64,000 nucleotides of DNA from Dehalococcoidia bacterium (GTDB lineage: Bacteria > Chloroflexota > Dehalococcoidia > Plut-88900), in NCBI GenBank assembly GCA_965197585.1, contig OZ240215.1:3104001-3168000 (forward strand). Direction: 5' to 3'. Of this stretch, positions 22,887 through 32,032 are shown piece by piece. Below the pieces are notes generated by a model. It did no database searches and was not told the origin of the DNA. It worked only from the letters and a program-made list of their open reading frames with translations. Each line of letters begins with the position of its first letter. Positions within the stretch are counted from its first letter, which is position 1. Both the position numbers and the translations under genes were made by a program.

Positions 22887-23246
22887 ATGGCTGCACCCGA
22901 CATCACTCTGTACACAAAACGCTCCTGAACTTCCTGCAGAAGAGCGAAAGAGTTTCTTTCGCAGAAGGAGATCGACCACATAGAGAGGGATATCTTCAAG
23001 GAACCTTTGTCTCGGGAAGAGATCGAAGGCTTGCTTGAGCTCATCCCGATGGACAAGCTCTTCTCCCGCAAGAGCAGGGCAGTGAAGAAGCTGGGCCTGG
23101 ACGTCGACGCCCTCTCTGACGCCGAGAAGCTGGACCTCATGAGCCAGGAACCGGCACTGCTCAAAAGACCCATCGTCGTAGGTGGGTCAACGCCCGTATT
23201 GGGCTACGATGTGGCGGCGCTCGAAAGTGCAGTCGGCGGGAGTTGA
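22887..23246 (+). CDS. ArsC/Spx-family selenoprotein (UxxC)
   Basis: GGAGGAG RBS; MAAPDITLYTKRS-TGA-TSCRRAKEFL continues in frame into ORF 23007-23246, which carries LLKRPIV; TGA 22926-22928 is at the first Cys of CxxC. Confidence 0.88.
22944..22962 (+). promoter_or_regulatory. putative bacterial SECIS hairpin
   Basis: GCGAAAGA-GTT-TCTTTCGC, with the apical loop starting with G 23 nt after the UGA. Confidence 0.6.
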
Positions 23247-23276
23247 ATAGACAGGTAGCGCTAGACAGGACACACC

Positions 23277-24134
23277 ATGACTAACGACAACAAGCACGAC
23301 AGGCCCGACCTACTGGTCGAGACAGATTGGCTCGCCGAGCACCTGGACGATCCTAATTTAAGGATCGTGGACATGGGGCCCATCGACGCCTATAAAAGGG
23401 CCCACATCCCCGGCTCGATGGGTCTGAACCGCGACTACTTCAAGGACCCGGACAACAGAGTCCTGGTCATGGGCCCCGACCGGTTCGCCGAGGCAATGAG
23501 CGCAGTCGGCATCGGCGATGAGCACGACGTGATCGCCTACGATGATTGGGGTGGCCTCTACGCCGGCCGTCTCTGGTGGCTCCTCCGCATGCACGGCCAC
23601 GAGAAGGTGCGGGTGCTGAACGGCGGATGGAACAAGTGGATTGGCGAGGGTCGGCCCGTCGAGGCCGTGCCCCTGTCTCTGTATCACAGCGGGAAGCCCA
23701 TGACTCCCCACAGGCCTGCGTCCTTCACCGCCAACCCGGAGCCTGAATACAACTGCACCCTCGACCAGCTGAAGGATCGGCTCCACGATTCCGAATGGGT
23801 CACCCTGGACGTCCGCACCGACGACGAGTACACGGGTGCCCTGACCCGAGGCAACAAGCGCGGCGGTCACATACCGGACACCATCCACATCGAGTGGACA
23901 AAGGCTGTCACCGACGACGAGTTCAGGACTTTCCTGCCGCCAGCGGAGCTAAGGGAGCTCTACGAGTCGGCGGGGATCACTCCCGAGAAGAAGGTAGTCA
24001 CCTACTGACAGGGTGGAATACGTGCGGCGCACGTAATGTTTGCCCTCCGACTCCTCGGCTACGAGAACGTCAGCAACTACGACGGCTCAATGGGTGAGTG
24101 GGCCAACCGGGACGACACCCCTATAGTAACTTAG
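23277..24134 (+). CDS. double-domain rhodanese / mercaptopyruvate sulfurtransferase selenoprotein
   Basis: HIPG, LNGG, DVR..DEY and GHIP motifs, then VVTY-TGA-QGGIRAAHVMFALRLLGYENVSNYDGSMGEW to TAG 24132-24134; TGA 24006-24008 is at the catalytic Cys position. Confidence 0.9.
24010..24046 (+). promoter_or_regulatory. putative bacterial SECIS hairpin
   Basis: AGGGT..TACGTGC-GGC-GCACGTA..GCCCT, with loop G 17 nt after the UGA. Confidence 0.65.
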
Positions 24135-24888
24135 GCCCGACAACGTACTTCAGGTTGGCCGTCGTATGACGGGCCACCTCCTCGACGGTTATGCCGCGCA
24201 GCTCGGCTATCTTCTCAGCGACGCGCAACAGTTGGGCCGGTTCCAACGGGTTCTTCTTTCTCCAAGGCTGGGGAAAAGAGTCGGTCTCGATGACCATGTA
24301 CTCAAGGGGCAGGGACTTGACTATCGGATGGAGGTGGTGAAGGCTGAGGAGCGTCTTCGAAAAGGAAACATAGATTCCCATGTCCATGCACTCCTCGGCG
24401 ATTCGCTGGTCGGCCACGAAGTAGTGCATTATAGCCCCGACCTCGTAGACCCGCTCCTCCTTAAGAATGCGTAGGCAGTCCCAATAGGCCTCCCGGCTGT
24501 GGAACACGACAGGCAGGCTCAGGTCCCGGGCCAGGCGCAGATGCTGGCGGAAGACGTCCTGCTGCACCTCCCTGGGCGCCTTGCTCTTGAAATAGTCCAG
24601 ACCCGGTTCGCAGATCATGAGCACCTTCTCGCTGGACTTGGCCAGACTGCGAAGCTCATCGAAGGTGGCCTCGGTGATGTTTAGGTGGGCGGCGTGGGGA
24701 TGAATGCCGACACCTGCATAGATGTCGGGATACTCCTCGGCTATCTGTACGGCGGCCCTGGAAGATTCCAGAGAGCTTCCGGCAGTGATGATCCTCCTAA
24801 CGCCAACATCCCTGGCGCGCTGCACGACCTCCGGGAGCTGAGGCCCATAGTCCTCTAAATGAGTGTGACTATCCGATAAATCGAGCAT
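24121..24888 (-). CDS. TatD family hydrolase
   Basis: DSHTH, GIHPH, EPGLDY, HSRE and ETD motifs. Confidence 0.92.
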   Translation of the reverse strand: MLDLSDSHTHLEDYGPQLPEVVQRARDVGVRRIITAGSSLESSRAAVQIAEEYPDIYAGVGIHPHAAHLNITEATFDELRSLAKSSEKVLMICEPGLDYFKSKAPREVQQDVFRQHLRLARDLSLPVVFHSREAYWDCLRILKEERVYEVGAIMHYFVADQRIAEECMDMGIYVSFSKTLLSLHHLHPIVKSLPLEYMVIETDSFPQPWRKKNPLEPAQLLRVAEKIAELRGITVEEVARHTTANLKYVVGPKLL

Positions 24889-25069
24889 CCGGGACCTCTC
24901 TTCCAAAGTTATCGATGGATCCTGTTAGTATGAGCGCAGAGGCGTGGGACAACGTTAAGCTTTCTGAAAAATGAGCGGTCATATCTGCTTAGGCATTCGA
25001 GAAGGTACGCAAGCGCGGGTGTCCGAATCTTCTGTCCTGCCTTGTCAGCAACTGTATATGTCAGGTAGC

Positions 25070-26149
25070 TCAGTCTACTTGCCAGAGAGATTTGAGACGT
25101 TCAACCGTGAAATGCCACTTTGCGCTTCGTGGCTGGGCCACAGTGTTCTGGTTTCCAAAGAAGCCCCGTTCCTTGACCGCCTCTTGAAAATCTACTGTCT
25201 TAATCCACTTAACACCCACGAAATGTTCAGCGCGTTCTTCATCGAAGGCGTTTGGCGCCTCAACATCGAATTCGGTGATGGGGGTGAGAGAGCCTTTGCA
25301 ATCAATATTGAATTGGTCATAGCGCACGGCTGATGCGACAACAATGCCAACGCCTACATATCCTTTCCCAGGGATGGATACCCATATTCGGTCGTCAGGT
25401 TGAAGCATTCTCAGAGTTTTTACATACCATTCTCCCCCTCCACCGCTGACGAACCCATACTTCTTTGCATCATTCCATCTTCGGCTGTCTCCTTCTCCAA
25501 AAGAAACATAGAATTCACCATTCCATTCTCCTTTCAAGAGCGGGCGGGAAGATGCTTCAGCAGAAAGGACAAACGGGTCATTCAGCCAAGTTCGCGTTAG
25601 ATATCGACGGCCTTCATCCTGAAACGCACGAAATAGTACGACATTGATATCAACGCCGTACTCTTCTTGCAGATACAAAACTATTCGCTCAGTGGACAGG
25701 TCAAGTTCCTCAGCAACGATAAGCAGTCGATGAGAGGAATTGATCTCATCGGGAATACTATTGAATCTTTCTTGAAGGGCATCATTGATTCCCGTTAGAG
25801 TAACGGCCTTGAGAAAGCGACGTTGGTAGTCAATGAAAATATTAGCAATCTCCTCGGATGTCATGCGGCGTATGCAAGAACCGTAATCGAGGGTTTGTGC
25901 TACCACTTCCCTTGGCGTACGGGCGCGCTTCAACTCAATTACTACTAAGTTGCCTTCAGCATCAATTGCCAGGATGTCAATGCGGCCCCCAACTGTAGAG
26001 ACCTCCCGACCGATTATCATGAGGCTGGGATCAATTATAGAGAGATCTGAGGCTATTATTTCTTGGAGTCGTTGTTCATAGTCCATCCCGCTGAGGGATA
26101 TCGGATTGAGGTCCTCGTCAATTCGCCAAATCCCCACCTCTATTGACAT
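25070..26149 (-). CDS. NucS/DUF91-like PD-(D/E)xK endonuclease domain protein
   Basis: GRIDILAID..GNLVVIELKR...EVVAQ.LDY; lower GC than neighbours. Confidence 0.8.
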   Translation of the reverse strand: MSIEVGIWRIDEDLNPISLSGMDYEQRLQEIIASDLSIIDPSLMIIGREVSTVGGRIDILAIDAEGNLVVIELKRARTPREVVAQTLDYGSCIRRMTSEEIANIFIDYQRRFLKAVTLTGINDALQERFNSIPDEINSSHRLLIVAEELDLSTERIVLYLQEEYGVDINVVLFRAFQDEGRRYLTRTWLNDPFVLSAEASSRPLLKGEWNGEFYVSFGEGDSRRWNDAKKYGFVSGGGGEWYVKTLRMLQPDDRIWVSIPGKGYVGVGIVVASAVRYDQFNIDCKGSLTPITEFDVEAPNAFDEERAEHFVGVKWIKTVDFQEAVKERGFFGNQNTVAQPRSAKWHFTVERLKSLWQVD

Positions 26150-26315
26150 CTTATCCTACCTTCCTATCCTCAATGGTGAGTCGAACATATCGCCTATCAC
26201 AATGACGAATGCATTTGATTGTATCGCCACAAGGTGAGATCTGAATATTCCTCGTTCTCAAGCCTATTGGCTAAGTGTAGAGGAACTTATGACGTAGATA
26301 GTGGTGCTGAGAAAA

Positions 26316-26948
26316 TTAGCGTTGGCCTTCAACTATCTCCGCAATCTCCCTAGCTGCAGTGCGAGGATCGGGCGCTCCCAGAATTGAGCGTATGACGGCA
26401 ACGCCGTCCGCCCCAGCGCTCATCACCTCTCCCGCATTGGAGGCATTGATCCCGCCGATGGCGTAGATGTGCGTATGTACCCGAGCCTTGACTTCCTCTA
26501 TCAACCCGGGCCCCGAGGGCGGGCGGCCGGGATGCGAGGCAGTGCCGTAGATTGTCCCGACCATTAGATAGTCGACGCCATCGTTCTCGGCTGCCACAGC
26601 CTCCTCAACACTGTGCACAGACCTGCCGACCAACAGCCTCTCTCCACCAAGTTTCTTCACGACACAGGCTGGTAGAGAGTTGGAGGGAAGGTGAATGCCG
26701 TCTGCATCGACGGCGAGGGCCACGTCAACTCGGTCGTTGATGATGAGCAGTGCCTTGCCCTGTGTGACGATGCGCAGCCTCGTCGCAATCTGGTACAAAT
26801 CACCTGAGGACATGGTCTTCTCCCTGACTTGCACCATCCCCACCCCACCCGACACCGCCTCCGCCACTACTTCCTCTAAGCGGGCGTGTAGGGGTACGGA
26901 GGAATCAGTGACAAGGCAAAGGCCGGGAAGTTGCGGGGAACTAGCCAT
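26316..26948 (-). CDS. thiE: thiamine-phosphate synthase
   Basis: VQVREK, INDRVDVA, GRSVH, T.SHP and AIGGI motifs. Confidence 0.9.
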   Translation of the reverse strand: MASSPQLPGLCLVTDSSVPLHARLEEVVAEAVSGGVGMVQVREKTMSSGDLYQIATRLRIVTQGKALLIINDRVDVALAVDADGIHLPSNSLPACVVKKLGGERLLVGRSVHSVEEAVAAENDGVDYLMVGTIYGTASHPGRPPSGPGLIEEVKARVHTHIYAIGGINASNAGEVMSAGADGVAVIRSILGAPDPRTAAREIAEIVEGQR

Positions 26949-27654
26949 GGGCCCTTGCGGGCTTGAGGAAAAACTCGTCAAAAGCCTCGAATGCCAGGGG
27001 AGCGACGCGTTGGGCAATCTTTTCGATTGCCAGGGCGTAGGCGCGGATCTCGGGCTGCGCCCCTTCTCCCAACCGTAGCTCCAGGAAGTTCATAAGGGCG
27101 CGGAAGTTGAGAGTCCAGTAAAACTCCGTGTAGTAGGCTGTTCCCAGCACGCCCCGGAACACCTCCCTCGTGCGCTTGCGATGCTCCTTGAAGGGCTTGG
27201 CTTTCTCCAGCATGCGCTCATAGAACTTGTGCTCGCTGTGCATCATCTCCTCATATTCCTTCAGGTCATCGTCGTCGAAGATGCCGGGAAGGTCCTCAAG
27301 GGATGGGACATAGAACTCCTCTTTGAAGATGCGATAGCGGGCCGACCGCTCGTTGTAAGAGGCTATGCGGTGACGGAGCCATTGACGTGCGACAAATATG
27401 GGGCACTTGATAACGAACTGGAACACGACGTGCTCGAAGGGGGTGCCGTGTTTGTTCTCCATCAGGAAGAAGATAAGGTTCCGGTCGCGTTGGGGGTCCG
27501 ACTTCGCGCCGGTCGAGACACGGGCGGCGTCCAGGATCCTCTCGTCGCCGCCTATGTAGTCGAGGAGGTGAACGTAGCCTTTATCCAGGACCGGGACCTT
27601 GCAACCCCTGAGTTCGGCGTCCGGGCCGGTGACATTTTCCAACGAGGCCCCCAT
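26941..27654 (-). CDS. thyX: FAD-dependent thymidylate synthase
   Basis: HGTPFEH and RHRIASYNERSARY ThyX motif. Confidence 0.95.
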   Translation of the reverse strand: MGASLENVTGPDAELRGCKVPVLDKGYVHLLDYIGGDERILDAARVSTGAKSDPQRDRNLIFFLMENKHGTPFEHVVFQFVIKCPIFVARQWLRHRIASYNERSARYRIFKEEFYVPSLEDLPGIFDDDDLKEYEEMMHSEHKFYERMLEKAKPFKEHRKRTREVFRGVLGTAYYTEFYWTLNFRALMNFLELRLGEGAQPEIRAYALAIEKIAQRVAPLAFEAFDEFFLKPARAHG

Positions 27655-27683
27655 TTTCGTGATCTTAGTAGTTTGAGCGTGGC

Positions 27684-28823
27684 TCAGAGGCCCATGCCGA
27701 TAGACACCATGCGGAGCGATCTTTCGGTGGCCTCGGTGAGGAGGGGCCCGGCGTCGTGGATGGCGGCGTCAAGAGCGATCGGACCGGGCGCGATGCTCAT
27801 AACGGAAGTCACGCCCTGTTCGTAGATGGAGCGGTACTCGGGAGCGAGGTTGCCTGCGAGGGCTATGACCGGGATATTGAGCCCCTTGGCCCTGGAAGCG
27901 ACGCCCATAATAGTCTTTCCGTAAGATGACTGCCCATCGATCTGCCCCTCGCCGGTGATGACCAGGTCCGCCCCGTCAAGCTGCTCGACGAACTTGACCG
28001 CGTCCGCTACTACCTCGACACCCGCCCTGAGCTCTGTCGGGAAGAACACCTTCATGCCGTAGGCGAGCCCTCCCGCCGCTCCGGCCCCCGGATCGTCCCT
28101 CTGGTCGATGCCGAAGTCCCGACGTACCACGTCAGCGAAGTTTCCTAAAGCGGCATCCAGCTGTTCGATTATGGCGGGAGTGGCTCCCTTCTGGGGGCCA
28201 TAGATGGCCGCGGTGCCCTCCGGGCCGCATAGCGGATTGGTGACGTCGGTCGCAACTTGGAAGGTAGACTCGGTGGCCCGGGGATCGATGCCCGAGACGT
28301 CGATTTTTGCGAGCCGGGCCATGGGACCGCCCCCGAAGGGAAGCTCGGCTCCCGACTCATCCAGGAACCTCACGCCCAGGGCCTTGGCGACGCCCGCGCC
28401 GCCGTCGCAAGTGGCGCTCCCTCCGACACCAAGGATGAACTTGCGGTAGCCGTTGTCGAGGGCTCGGCGTATCAGTTCTCCTGTGCCGTAAGTTGTCGTA
28501 ATTAAAGGGTCGCGCCTGTCCATGGGGACAAGGGCCAGCCCGGAGGCGTTGGCCATCTCCACGACGGCGGTATCGGTGCTTCCCAAGACCCCCCAGAAGG
28601 CCTTGACGGGCTCGCCGAGAGGTCCCGTGACTGTGTCTTCGTGAGTGCTTCCGCCGGTGCCTCGCATTAGGACTTCAAGTGTGCCGTCCCCGCCGTCGGC
28701 CATAGCAGAGATGAGGACCTCGGCATCGGGGAAGACGCGACGGACGCCGACGACTATAGCATTGGAGACCTGGAACACCCCCAGGCTCCCCTTGAACGCC
28801 TGGGGCGCAACAACGATTTTCAT
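27684..28823 (-). CDS. glycerate kinase (GlxK/GarK family)
   Basis: MKIVVAP..FKGSL, ADGGDGT, GGSATCDGG, GPQKGA and TGEG..D.QS..GK motifs. Confidence 0.93.
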   Translation of the reverse strand: MKIVVAPQAFKGSLGVFQVSNAIVVGVRRVFPDAEVLISAMADGGDGTLEVLMRGTGGSTHEDTVTGPLGEPVKAFWGVLGSTDTAVVEMANASGLALVPMDRRDPLITTTYGTGELIRRALDNGYRKFILGVGGSATCDGGAGVAKALGVRFLDESGAELPFGGGPMARLAKIDVSGIDPRATESTFQVATDVTNPLCGPEGTAAIYGPQKGATPAIIEQLDAALGNFADVVRRDFGIDQRDDPGAGAAGGLAYGMKVFFPTELRAGVEVVADAVKFVEQLDGADLVITGEGQIDGQSSYGKTIMGVASRAKGLNIPVIALAGNLAPEYRSIYEQGVTSVMSIAPGPIALDAAIHDAGPLLTEATERSLRMVSIGMGL

Positions 28824-28914
28824 GAAGCGGATTATAGTCGGTGAAGGGGTGGGGTGATAGACTGGGCCCCTGAATTCGGTTGATACGCGATGGCCGTTAA
28901 CTCTTAGAGGCTGG

Positions 28915-29421
28915 ATGAGTACAGTAGAACCGAAGACGCTAAATGCGGCTTACAACTTGGCGATCAAGGCTTTGGACTCGTCAAGTCGGGAGGCCTCTTC
29001 AATTGACACAAAACTGATTGGCACCCTTGCGGTGTCGATTATTGTTGTAGGCCTTTTGCCTATTGTTCCAGGAGAACTGGGATTGACGATTTGGCATTAC
29101 TGGCCTAATTGGTTTTTGTATCTGGGAGTAGGGGCTTTCCTGTGGGTGGGGTTCTGGGTGTATCAAGGTTTTCGAGCAAGGGACTTCTATGCCTTGGCTA
29201 CATTAAGTCCTGGCTTGCTTCGAAAATTTTACTGGGATTTCGATGCAGACACATTCAAGTTGGAGATTTACGAATGGGTACAAACAGCGTGGGATGATAA
29301 CCGTCGTCACTTGGATAGCAAGGGCACCGCGTTCATATTGGCGCTTCCCGCAGCAGCGCTTGAAATAATATTTCTGCTAGTCTGGATTTTTACCAGAGCA
29401 GCATTTCCTATTTCTTCTTAG
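28915..29421 (+). CDS. hypothetical 3-TM membrane protein (PycTM/SLATT-like topology)
   Basis: IDTK then TM, second TM, soluble loop, N....SK then TM; lower GC. Confidence 0.7.
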   Translation: MSTVEPKTLNAAYNLAIKALDSSSREASSIDTKLIGTLAVSIIVVGLLPIVPGELGLTIWHYWPNWFLYLGVGAFLWVGFWVYQGFRARDFYALATLSPGLLRKFYWDFDADTFKLEIYEWVQTAWDDNRRHLDSKGTAFILALPAAALEIIFLLVWIFTRAAFPISS

Positions 29422-29509
29422 GCGGGAAGCCCTTCTGCATAGGTACGAATGGGCTGGGCGGTTTAGGGCGCGCAGACGGCTCCCTGTTTTCTCTCGGTTC
29501 TTCTGCCAT
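29408..29509 (-). CDS. putative 33 aa Pro-rich peptide
   Basis: MAEEPRENREPSARPKPPSPFVPMQKGFPPKKK; TATCAT 6 nt upstream of the ATG. Confidence 0.35.
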   Translation of the reverse strand: MAEEPRENREPSARPKPPSPFVPMQKGFPPKKK

Positions 29510-29599
29510 GTCTTAATGATACATCAGGTGGTAGGATTATTAGAAATCTTCAGGCCCTTGCCCCCTAGGGCACGAGCCAACTTCTAGGGAACAGACGAA

Positions 29600-31042
29600 A
29601 TGATTCCGCAGAAAATAATCGAAGAGCTGATCGGGGTAGTAGGGGAGCGATACGTCCTGTACGCCCCCGAGGACCTGATTGTCTTCGAATACGACGGCTC
29701 CCAGGCAACCGGCTACCCGGAAGTCGTGGTTGTCCCCGGCTCCGCCGAGGAAGTGGCTCAAACAGTCAAAATCGCTCACCGGGAGGGAATACCCATCGTG
29801 CCCCGGGGCGCGGGCACCAGCATAAGCGGCGGCGCCCTTGCCTCGACCGGTGGAATCCTTCTGCCACTGACCCGGATGAAGAAGGTCCTGGAGGTCGATA
29901 CGGAGAACCTCGTCGCAATTGTGGAGCCTGGTCTCGTGAATGTGGACCTGAGCGCTGCCGTGAGCCAGTTCGGACTCTACTACGCCCCCGACCCTTCCAG
30001 CCAGAAGGCGTGCACCATCGGCGGAAACGTGTCTGAGAATGCGGGAGGGCCTCACTGCCTCTCCTATGGCGTGACAACCAACCACGTTTTGGGCCTTGAG
30101 GTAGTGCTGCATAACGGCGACCTGATGTGGGTCGGTGGGAAGGTGCGGGACGTGCCGGGTTACGACCTGACGGGAGCCATCGTTGGATCAGAAGGGACAT
30201 TTGTCGTGGTCACCAAGGTGATAGTCCGACTCATGCCCAAGCCCGAGTCGGTTAAGACCTTGCTGGCAGTCTACGACGACCCCATCGACGCAACGAACAC
30301 GGTCTCGGCGGTGATAGGGGCGGGCATTATACCTGCAGCCCTTGAGATGATAGATGACGTGGTAATCCGGGCCGTGGAGAAGGTGATAAAGGCAGGGTTC
30401 CCAATGGACGCCGGGGCCGTGCTTCTCATAGAGGTGGAGGGGCTGGAAGAGTCGACAAGGGAGGAAGCCTCGGCCATTGAGAAAATCTGCAAGGCCAACA
30501 AAGCTACCCTGGTGCGCGCCGCCGCCGATCCCGCCGAGCGGGAAAGGCTGTGGGCCGGTCGCAAGAGCGCCTTTGGGGCCCTGGGAAGCGTGGCCCCCAA
30601 CTATTACATAGTGGACGGAGTGGTCCCCCGCAGCAAGCTGCCGGAAGTGATGAAGAAGATAGAGGAGATATTCAGCCGTTACCAGGTCCTGGCCGGCAAC
30701 GTATTCCATGCCGGTGACGGCAACCTGCACCCGATAATCCTTTTCGACGAGCACGAGGCGGGGGTCAAGGAGAGAGTGATACAGGCGGGCGGAGAGGTGA
30801 TGAGGGCTTGCATCGACGTGGGAGGCGCGCTGACGGGCGAGCATGGCATAGGAGTAGAGAAGCAGATGTACATGCCCTGGGCGTTCACCCAGGAGGACAT
30901 GGATGCCATGAAACGCCTGCGAGCAGCCTTCAACCCTAAGGCAACCTTCAATCCTGGCAAGATCTTCCCCGACGAAGCGGCTTCGCATCAAGAGTCGGCG
31001 CTTCATAGACCCGTGCCCCAGGTCTCGGGGATGTATGTCTAG
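29600..31042 (+). CDS. glcD: glycolate oxidase FAD subunit GlcD-like
   Basis: PRGAGT, PDPSSQ.ACTIGGN, GSEGT, HAGDGNLHP and GEHGIG motifs. Confidence 0.9.
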   Translation: MIPQKIIEELIGVVGERYVLYAPEDLIVFEYDGSQATGYPEVVVVPGSAEEVAQTVKIAHREGIPIVPRGAGTSISGGALASTGGILLPLTRMKKVLEVDTENLVAIVEPGLVNVDLSAAVSQFGLYYAPDPSSQKACTIGGNVSENAGGPHCLSYGVTTNHVLGLEVVLHNGDLMWVGGKVRDVPGYDLTGAIVGSEGTFVVVTKVIVRLMPKPESVKTLLAVYDDPIDATNTVSAVIGAGIIPAALEMIDDVVIRAVEKVIKAGFPMDAGAVLLIEVEGLEESTREEASAIEKICKANKATLVRAAADPAERERLWAGRKSAFGALGSVAPNYYIVDGVVPRSKLPEVMKKIEEIFSRYQVLAGNVFHAGDGNLHPIILFDEHEAGVKERVIQAGGEVMRACIDVGGALTGEHGIGVEKQMYMPWAFTQEDMDAMKRLRAAFNPKATFNPGKIFPDEAASHQESALHRPVPQVSGMYV

Positions 31043-31087
31043 AGGCCATGACTTAAACTACCCAAGTATTTTGTAAGGAGAACGAAG

Positions 31088-32002
31088 ATGGGCAACTTTG
31101 AAAAGATGCAGGCCCGACTTGCGGCCGGTGAAACAGTGTTGATAGACGGCGGGATGGGATCGGAGTTCGAAAGACGAGGAATATCTAGCCCTAAAGTATG
31201 GTCGGGCGGTCCGATGATCACTCACCCTGAGGTGGTCAGGGAAGTCCACGAGGAATACATAAAAGCGGGCGCCGAAGTTATTATCACAAACTCCTTCTCC
31301 ACGGGCCGAGACATGCTGGCTGCCGGCGGGCTCGAGCACAAGGTTGCCGAGGCCAACAAGTCGGCAATCGACATGGCCGTGCAGGCCAGGAAGAACGCCG
31401 GTGCGGAGGACTCAGTTGTCGTTGCAGCCTCTGTATCTACCATGTCCCCTAAGCTGGAAGCCAGCATTCCGGTGTCCTACGAAAAAGCGTTGGAAACCTA
31501 CCGTGAACAGCTTGGCGAGCTGGCCAAGGGCGGCCCTGACGTCGCGGTCGGGGAGATGCTGATTCGGATATCGGATGCCCTGGCTGTGATCGATGTGGCT
31601 AAGGAGTTGGGGCTTCCAGTCTGGATCGGATACTCCGTGGTCCCGGTTGAAGGCGAACTGTATCTTGGAATTGAGGGCAAAAGCGGCGGAGTGTCCCTTC
31701 AGGAAGCCATGGACGCCATCAAGGACAAAGACATCGACGCTGTGTTTGTGATGCACACCGCCGTGGGCGAAACCGGGCCCGGGTTGGAGATAGTCAAGAA
31801 GAATTGGGCGGGAACGTTCGGCGCATACGCTCATTTTCCCGGCCACGGCAGCCCAAGAAGCAGGGACCACGCCCTGAACCCTGCGCAGTACCTCGAATAC
31901 GCCAGGGAGTGGCGCGGGCAAGGAGCGCGGATCATAGGTGGGTGTTGCGGTACCACCCCGGACCACATCCAGGTGCTCAAGGAATGGCTGTCCGGGTCGT
32001 AG
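31088..32002 (+). CDS. homocysteine S-methyltransferase family protein
   Basis: IDGGMGSE, H.EYIKAGA.VI.TNSF and IIGGCCGTTP.HI motifs. Confidence 0.88.
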   Translation: MGNFEKMQARLAAGETVLIDGGMGSEFERRGISSPKVWSGGPMITHPEVVREVHEEYIKAGAEVIITNSFSTGRDMLAAGGLEHKVAEANKSAIDMAVQARKNAGAEDSVVVAASVSTMSPKLEASIPVSYEKALETYREQLGELAKGGPDVAVGEMLIRISDALAVIDVAKELGLPVWIGYSVVPVEGELYLGIEGKSGGVSLQEAMDAIKDKDIDAVFVMHTAVGETGPGLEIVKKNWAGTFGAYAHFPGHGSPRSRDHALNPAQYLEYAREWRGQGARIIGGCCGTTPDHIQVLKEWLSGS

Positions 32003-32032
32003 GCCGAGCCCGACACCCTGCGTTAGAGCGTC

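Noticed and set aside
23007-24008. Track versions of the ArsC-like (79 aa) and sulfurtransferase (243 aa) ORFs, or pseudogene calls
   Set aside because: Both stops coincide with catalytic Cys positions, with intact frames and SECIS-like hairpins; Sec recoding explains this better.
26949-27060. TPP riboswitch upstream of thiE
   Set aside because: thiE overlaps the thyX stop, leaving no leader, and no CTGAGA/ACCTG core was seen.
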